The notes under the pieces: generated by a model
What the model saw: the letters and a program-made list of their open reading frames with translations, nothing else
Told to the model about the DNA's origin: nothing
Database searches by the model: none
Virus record (IMG/VR): IMGVR_UViG_3300025598_000023
Span: 1-64,000 of that record
From: a virus
Direction: 5' to 3' (one strand)
Length of the DNA stretch: 64,000 nt
Made by a program: the position numbers and the translations under genes
Part shown: piece after piece, positions 59,299-64,000 of the stretch
How the letters are laid out: each line of letters begins with the position of its first letter
How positions within the stretch are numbered: position 1 is the stretch's first letter

Positions 59299-59327
59299 TT
59301 GACATTACTATTAACATTTGATAAAAT
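59299..59327 (+). promoter_or_regulatory. Sigma70-like promoter, leaderless transcript
   Basis: TTGACA-17-TAAAAT with extended TG; 6 nt to ATG 59334. Confidence 0.75.
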
Positions 59328-59333
59328 TATCAC

Positions 59334-59654
59334 ATGACTCCAGAAGAACTGCGTGAACGGGCTATTGAAGCCTACAATCGTGATTTAGCAAAACAAAATA
59401 TTCTAACTGCCATGGAATCACGCATGACAGTAAATTATAATGATGGCGTATTCATCGTAACACAAGAACTTATAAGTTTCTTACATGCTTGGCAAGATGA
59501 ATTGATTTATATGCTTGATGCGTATGATGTTCCAATCCAAGTTGATGCCAACTATCTTAAAAAACTTTGCAAGCAACGCTGGCATGAAGTTATGAATGAA
59601 TTTGCGTTAGAATACGAAGAGTATAAAAAGATTCGTAATGCAAAACAACTCTAA
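59334..59654 (+). CDS. Hypothetical protein
   Basis: 106-aa ORF, first gene of an overlapping operon. Confidence 0.7.
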   Translation: MTPEELRERAIEAYNRDLAKQNILTAMESRMTVNYNDGVFIVTQELISFLHAWQDELIYMLDAYDVPIQVDANYLKKLCKQRWHEVMNEFALEYEEYKKIRNAKQL

Positions 59655-60387
59655 AGGTTGTATCATATTTGCATACAACACAGATACTACTGACTATTTT
59701 AGTCAAGCAGTAGCGGCTGCTGACAGGGTAGAGCATTATCTTAACATACCTACAACTATTTTTACAAACGAACCAAGAACTTGTAAACACAATGTCATAC
59801 TTACGGAAACACCAGAAACCAATTATAAACTTAAAAAACTTTGGCTCAATCGTAGCCGAACACGTGCTTTTGAACTTTCACCGTATGATAAGACGCTAGT
59901 AATTGATAGTGATTACTTTTTATGCACCGATAATCTAAACTATCACTTGCAAAGTTCTAAACAATTTTTAATAGCAAGTGAAGTTTATGAACCACTTACT
60001 GGCAAACGCACAGTCTATAATCTTGGTAAAACACAAATACCTATGATGTGGGCAACGGTAATGATTTTTGATAAGAGTGATGAAGCACGATGCATATTTG
60101 AGTGTGCAAGTTATGCTGAAAAACATTATAATTATTATAGTGATTTCTATGGTTTTAAACGACATCCAATACGCAACGACTATATTTTTACAATAGCCTG
60201 TCATCTTATGGGTGGTTATGGCAGCAAGTCATATGCACTACAAAATTATCCACTTGTAAATTGTTATGATATGGCATATCATAGTTGGGATAATAATAAG
60301 TTAGTTTACAAATACGATAGCGGTAAAGTTTATGGCAATCGGTTACAAAATATGGATTTGCATCTTATGAACAAGGATCAACTATGA
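59638..60387 (+). CDS. GT-A fold glycosyltransferase-like protein
   Basis: GCIIFA, LSPYDKTLVIDSD (DxD), WATVMIF, RND. Confidence 0.7.
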   Translation: MQNNSKGCIIFAYNTDTTDYFSQAVAAADRVEHYLNIPTTIFTNEPRTCKHNVILTETPETNYKLKKLWLNRSRTRAFELSPYDKTLVIDSDYFLCTDNLNYHLQSSKQFLIASEVYEPLTGKRTVYNLGKTQIPMMWATVMIFDKSDEARCIFECASYAEKHYNYYSDFYGFKRHPIRNDYIFTIACHLMGGYGSKSYALQNYPLVNCYDMAYHSWDNNKLVYKYDSGKVYGNRLQNMDLHLMNKDQL

Positions 60388-61229
60388 GTCGAGGATTTTT
60401 ATGCATTGCACAGAATAGTGGTGAAACAGATTATTTGCGCATGGCATATCTACAAGCATTAAGTTGCAAGATAACACAATATGCACATCGTAATAGTTTT
60501 AGTGTTATTGTTGATCGTGAAACTGCTGATTGTCTTGAACAAAAACACATTGATGTATTTGATAATATCATTGTTTTAAAAAATGATCTTGCACAAAACA
60601 GCAAGGTAAAAATGCAGAATGAATGTCAAGTTTTTAAGTATAGTCCTTATAAACAAACAATTAAAACCGAAGCAGATATGCTTTTTACGTCTAATTATGA
60701 TTTTATTTGGGATCATTGGGCTTTTGACAAGTTCCACTTTTGCACCCATGTTTATACATATGATGGACATTTAATCAAAGACCGTAGTCAGCGTCAATTG
60801 TTTGATGATAGTTTATTGCCTGATGTGTATAGTGCTTGGACATACTTTACATATGACTTGGAATGCAAAGAATTTTATGATACAATGCGTTTAATTATAG
60901 ATGATTGGGATTATTATCGTGACAGTTATCTTGTAAATTGTCGCTATGATGAACCACGAACCGATGAAGTATATGCGCTGGCTTGTAAAATATTAGATAT
61001 ACCTTATAAAGGAAGCGGTTATGGTTTCTTACATATGAAACCAAAATTACAAAGACTTGGATTACATCAGTCATGGACTGAACAGTTAGATTTAGATGTC
61101 AACGCAGACTTAAATGTAACTATTGGTGGTTATAGACAAAATAAACCGCTGCATTATGTAGAAAAAACCTTTGTTACAGACGAATTGTTAAGTAGATATG
61201 AATATGGATATAAGCGAACAAGAGATTAA
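60384..61229 (+). CDS. GT-A fold glycosyltransferase-like protein (paralog)
   Basis: GFLCIAQN, SPYKQTIKTEADML (ExD variant), HMKP, LHY. Confidence 0.65.
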   Translation: MSRGFLCIAQNSGETDYLRMAYLQALSCKITQYAHRNSFSVIVDRETADCLEQKHIDVFDNIIVLKNDLAQNSKVKMQNECQVFKYSPYKQTIKTEADMLFTSNYDFIWDHWAFDKFHFCTHVYTYDGHLIKDRSQRQLFDDSLLPDVYSAWTYFTYDLECKEFYDTMRLIIDDWDYYRDSYLVNCRYDEPRTDEVYALACKILDIPYKGSGYGFLHMKPKLQRLGLHQSWTEQLDLDVNADLNVTIGGYRQNKPLHYVEKTFVTDELLSRYEYGYKRTRD

Positions 61230-61428
61230 AGCGTGGTGGGATGAGTTTGAACGTGAACTTGCTACTATGGTTAAACCAAATGATCCAAATCCACCGCCAA
61301 AACCAAGTATGGAACCACCTAGACTACCTTCTTGGAAACGTGGCAACACATATTACACATTGGCAAATGACCGCCAGTTTCCTGTAGAACCCGAACACCC
61401 TAACGCCGTAGGCTGGAATTATGACTGA
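61198..61428 (+). CDS. Small Pro-rich hypothetical protein
   Basis: Overlaps both neighbours in operon orientation. Confidence 0.55.
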   Translation: MNMDISEQEIKAWWDEFERELATMVKPNDPNPPPKPSMEPPRLPSWKRGNTYYTLANDRQFPVEPEHPNAVGWNYD

Positions 61429-62359
61429 ATTAATTGATATAAGTGAGTTAGATTGTATTTTTTTGAGTTACAAAGAACCAAATGCTGATAGTAATTGGGC
61501 ATATTTGCGTTCTTTTGTCCCGTGGGCTAAACGTGTGCATGGCATAGAAGGCAGTGATGCAGCGCATAAAGCTGCCGCTGCTGTTAGTGAAACCGAACGT
61601 TTTATTTTGATTGATGGTGATAATCAACCAAATCCAGAGTTTTTTAATCAACAGTTGCGCATTAATCAAACAAATGACCGTTGCGTATTTCGTTGGCGCG
61701 CTAGGAATGTAATAAACGGTCTTTGTTATGGCAACGGTGGGATCAGCAGTTGGACAAAAACTTTTGTAAACAATATGCGAACACATGAAGCCAGTGAAGG
61801 CGATGCCGACACTGTTGTAGAATTTTGCTTTGATGACAACTATTGGGCTATGCATGATGTTTGGAGTACTACTATTCCTAATGGTAGTCCACAACAAGCA
61901 TGGCAAGCTGGATTCCGCGAAGGAGTTAAACTTTGTCTTGACCGTGGTCGTCGTCCTACACCAGAAGAATTTGAAAGTGTTACATGGGTAGGCAATAGAA
62001 CTAATCTTGTTATTTGGTGCACAGTTGGCGCAGATGTAGATTATGGAAAACATGCCATTCTTGGTGCAAGACAAGGTGCTTATAAAACCATGTTTGATGA
62101 TAGTTGGGATTATACTGAAGTGCGTGATTTTAATAAACTTGACAAATTATGGAATAATAGTTTAGAATATAGCGATAAAGAAAGTGAAGGATTTGCTCGT
62201 ATTTTGCGCAACCGTTTAAACCTTGATATTGCAACATACAATGCAGAACAAAGCAAATGGTTTAAAAAGCATCAGCGAACATACCAGAATATTGATATTA
62301 TGTTACCAGAAAGAGACGTAGGAAATGTCATCAAAAGCGCAGCTAGACAACTCTGGTGA
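61421..62359 (+). CDS. Glycosyltransferase-like protein
   Basis: FLSYKEP, AHKAAA, FILIDGDN (DxD), YGNGG, AWQAGFREGVKL. Confidence 0.6.
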   Translation: MTELIDISELDCIFLSYKEPNADSNWAYLRSFVPWAKRVHGIEGSDAAHKAAAAVSETERFILIDGDNQPNPEFFNQQLRINQTNDRCVFRWRARNVINGLCYGNGGISSWTKTFVNNMRTHEASEGDADTVVEFCFDDNYWAMHDVWSTTIPNGSPQQAWQAGFREGVKLCLDRGRRPTPEEFESVTWVGNRTNLVIWCTVGADVDYGKHAILGARQGAYKTMFDDSWDYTEVRDFNKLDKLWNNSLEYSDKESEGFARILRNRLNLDIATYNAEQSKWFKKHQRTYQNIDIMLPERDVGNVIKSAARQLW

Positions 62360-63764
62360 TGTCGCCACAGTAAATGTGGACAACACTCTTAAAAGTGATT
62401 TTTTATCTGCTGCTGAAAAGATGCAGTCAAAACTTGGTCATGCCCTTTGTCTTGCAAAGTGGCAACAAACTAGTTTGCATCTAACAACTGGTCATACAAA
62501 TAGTTGTTACCATCCACCACTACACAGGATTAATGTAGATGATCTCACCGATAACCCCAGTGCGCTACACAACACTGAATACAAAAAAGCGCAAAGACAG
62601 CGAATGTTACGTGGCGAACGTCCAGAAGAGTGCAGTTATTGTTGGCGAGTCGAAGCAACAGGAAACCTTAGTGATAGACACTACCGCAGTGGAGAGCCGT
62701 GGGCTGCCGATCATTACGATACAATTATTGCTAGCGACCCTAATACTTGGAATGTTAATCCTGCTTATGTAGAAGTTAATTTTAGCAATGTATGTAACTT
62801 ACAGTGCAGTTATTGCTCGCCACAATTTAGCAGTGCGTGGCAAAAGGAAATAAATGAGCACGGTGCTTATCCTACTTCTAACCTTCATAATAGTCCTACT
62901 TACTTTGGGGGTGATCGTAAACCTATACCGAATCGTGAAGTTAATCCTTATGTTGATGCGTTTTGGAGATGGTGGCCAGAACTCTACCCAAATCTAAAAC
63001 ATTTCCGTATGACAGGTGGTGAACCGTTGTTAGATAAAAACACATACCGTGTTTTTGATTATGTGTTAGATAATCCTAAAAAAGATTTGCATCTTAATGT
63101 CACTAGTAACTTTAGTCAAGATGAATATGTATTTGACAAATATCTAACTTACGTCAAACATATGTGTGGCAATGGTGTATTAGAACACTTTATGCAATTT
63201 GTTAGTATTGATGGTTATGGTGAACGTGGTGAATATGGTCGTCATGGTTTAGATTTTGAACTCATGAAAAGGAATGTAGAACGGTTTTTGACAGAAGTTC
63301 CTAGCCGCAATAGCGTGACATTTATTATTACAATGAATGTTTTAAATGTAACAAGCATACGTGAATTGCTGCAATGGATTACTGAATTGCGCAGCAAATA
63401 CAGCACGACCTATCAACGTATTTGGTTTGATACACCTATTTTGCGTGAACCAGCTTGGCAATGTATTGATATACTACCTGAAAGTTATGCTTGGTTTTTA
63501 CAGAACGTTGTTCATTGGATGCAACCACAAACTGAAACAGTAGATACTCGATTCAATGGATTTAAAGATTATGAAGTTGTGAAACTACAGCGTGTTGTAG
63601 ATTGGATGCACGAACATCGTCGTGAAGATAAAAAAACTATGGCAGACTTTTATCGCTTCTTTAATGAACATGATTCTCGTCGCAAAACTAATTTCTTAAA
63701 AATCTTTCCAGAAATGAGTGATTGGTATAACACTTGTAAATATTGGGCTGATAGCAATGTATAA
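62325..63764 (+). CDS. Radical SAM protein with N-terminal twitch-like Cys cluster
   Basis: CLAKW..SCYH..CSYCW, then CNLQCSYC, GGEP, SIDG. Confidence 0.9.
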   Translation: MSSKAQLDNSGDVATVNVDNTLKSDFLSAAEKMQSKLGHALCLAKWQQTSLHLTTGHTNSCYHPPLHRINVDDLTDNPSALHNTEYKKAQRQRMLRGERPEECSYCWRVEATGNLSDRHYRSGEPWAADHYDTIIASDPNTWNVNPAYVEVNFSNVCNLQCSYCSPQFSSAWQKEINEHGAYPTSNLHNSPTYFGGDRKPIPNREVNPYVDAFWRWWPELYPNLKHFRMTGGEPLLDKNTYRVFDYVLDNPKKDLHLNVTSNFSQDEYVFDKYLTYVKHMCGNGVLEHFMQFVSIDGYGERGEYGRHGLDFELMKRNVERFLTEVPSRNSVTFIITMNVLNVTSIRELLQWITELRSKYSTTYQRIWFDTPILREPAWQCIDILPESYAWFLQNVVHWMQPQTETVDTRFNGFKDYEVVKLQRVVDWMHEHRREDKKTMADFYRFFNEHDSRRKTNFLKIFPEMSDWYNTCKYWADSNV

Positions 63765-64000
63765 ATTTCCACTTTGGCATTGGCACATTGAAAATAGTAG
63801 TATTTGTAGCTTGCGTTGTCCTCGCTGCCCTCGCGCAGAAATTCCCGATACACTTGTTCAAACTAGTCTTGGTTTAGATTTTTTTAAGAAGAATTTTAAT
63901 CCAGAATTTATGCAAGACGTTTGGCAAATTAGTTTTTGTGGTGATGATGGAGACCCAATTTATGGTAAGGAATTTTTAGAAGTAGTTGAATATTTAAAAA
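63757..64000 (+). CDS. Radical SAM protein (partial, runs off window)
   Basis: Manual translation MYKFPLWHWHIENSSICSLRCPRCPR...FCGDDGDP; CxxxCxxC motif. Confidence 0.85.
   Translation, partial: MYKFPLWHWHIENSSICSLRCPRCPRAEIPDTLVQTSLGLDFFKKNFNPEFMQDVWQISFCGDDGDPIYGKEFLEVVEYLK

Noticed and set aside
851-63853. Many short antisense or alternate-frame ORFs in the track (e.g. 61448-62074, 9086-9451, 53633-54019)
   Set aside because: They lie within well-supported genes and are shadows of codon bias.
1-64000. CRISPR array, tRNA/rRNA genes, transposase or integrase
   Set aside because: No repeat-spacer periodicity, cloverleaf or such ORFs seen by eye; tRNAscan and CRISPR finders were not run.
1-64000. 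Stop-codon reassignment
   Set aside because: Core genes are full length in the standard code, and TAA, TGA and TAG all serve as stops.

Overview
AT-rich 64-kb segment of a large T4-like myovirus (probably a jumbo phage) in the standard genetic code. The left arm (mostly - strand) holds fibre genes, the head module (gp23, gp22, gp21, core protein, gp20), a tape-measure-like gene and a divergent gp26/gp51-like chaperone pair. Next come a ~430-nt promoter-driven, highly structured non-coding region and an accessory island. The island has a complete NitT/TauT-type ABC importer behind a structured leader and terminator, three paralogous HxD..H oxygenase-like genes, a PP-loop enzyme and an SDR. It is followed by a Holliday-junction resolvase, gp46, gp47, a radical SAM gene and a gp55-like late sigma factor. 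The right arm (+ strand) holds the baseplate module (gp53, hub, gp5, gp25, gp6, a 4665-aa wedge protein), paralogous fibres, and a glycosyltransferase/radical SAM cluster. Best leads: (1) the ABC-importer/oxygenase island with a riboswitch-like leader; (2) the large structured RNA/origin candidate at 15.35-15.78 kb; (3) a -1 frameshift site joining the gp26- and gp51-like ORFs; (4) leaderless sigma70 promoters versus TAAATA late promoters; (5) a gp5 with two putative cell-wall hydrolase domains. All family assignments are from motif recognition by eye; no searches or folding programs were run.
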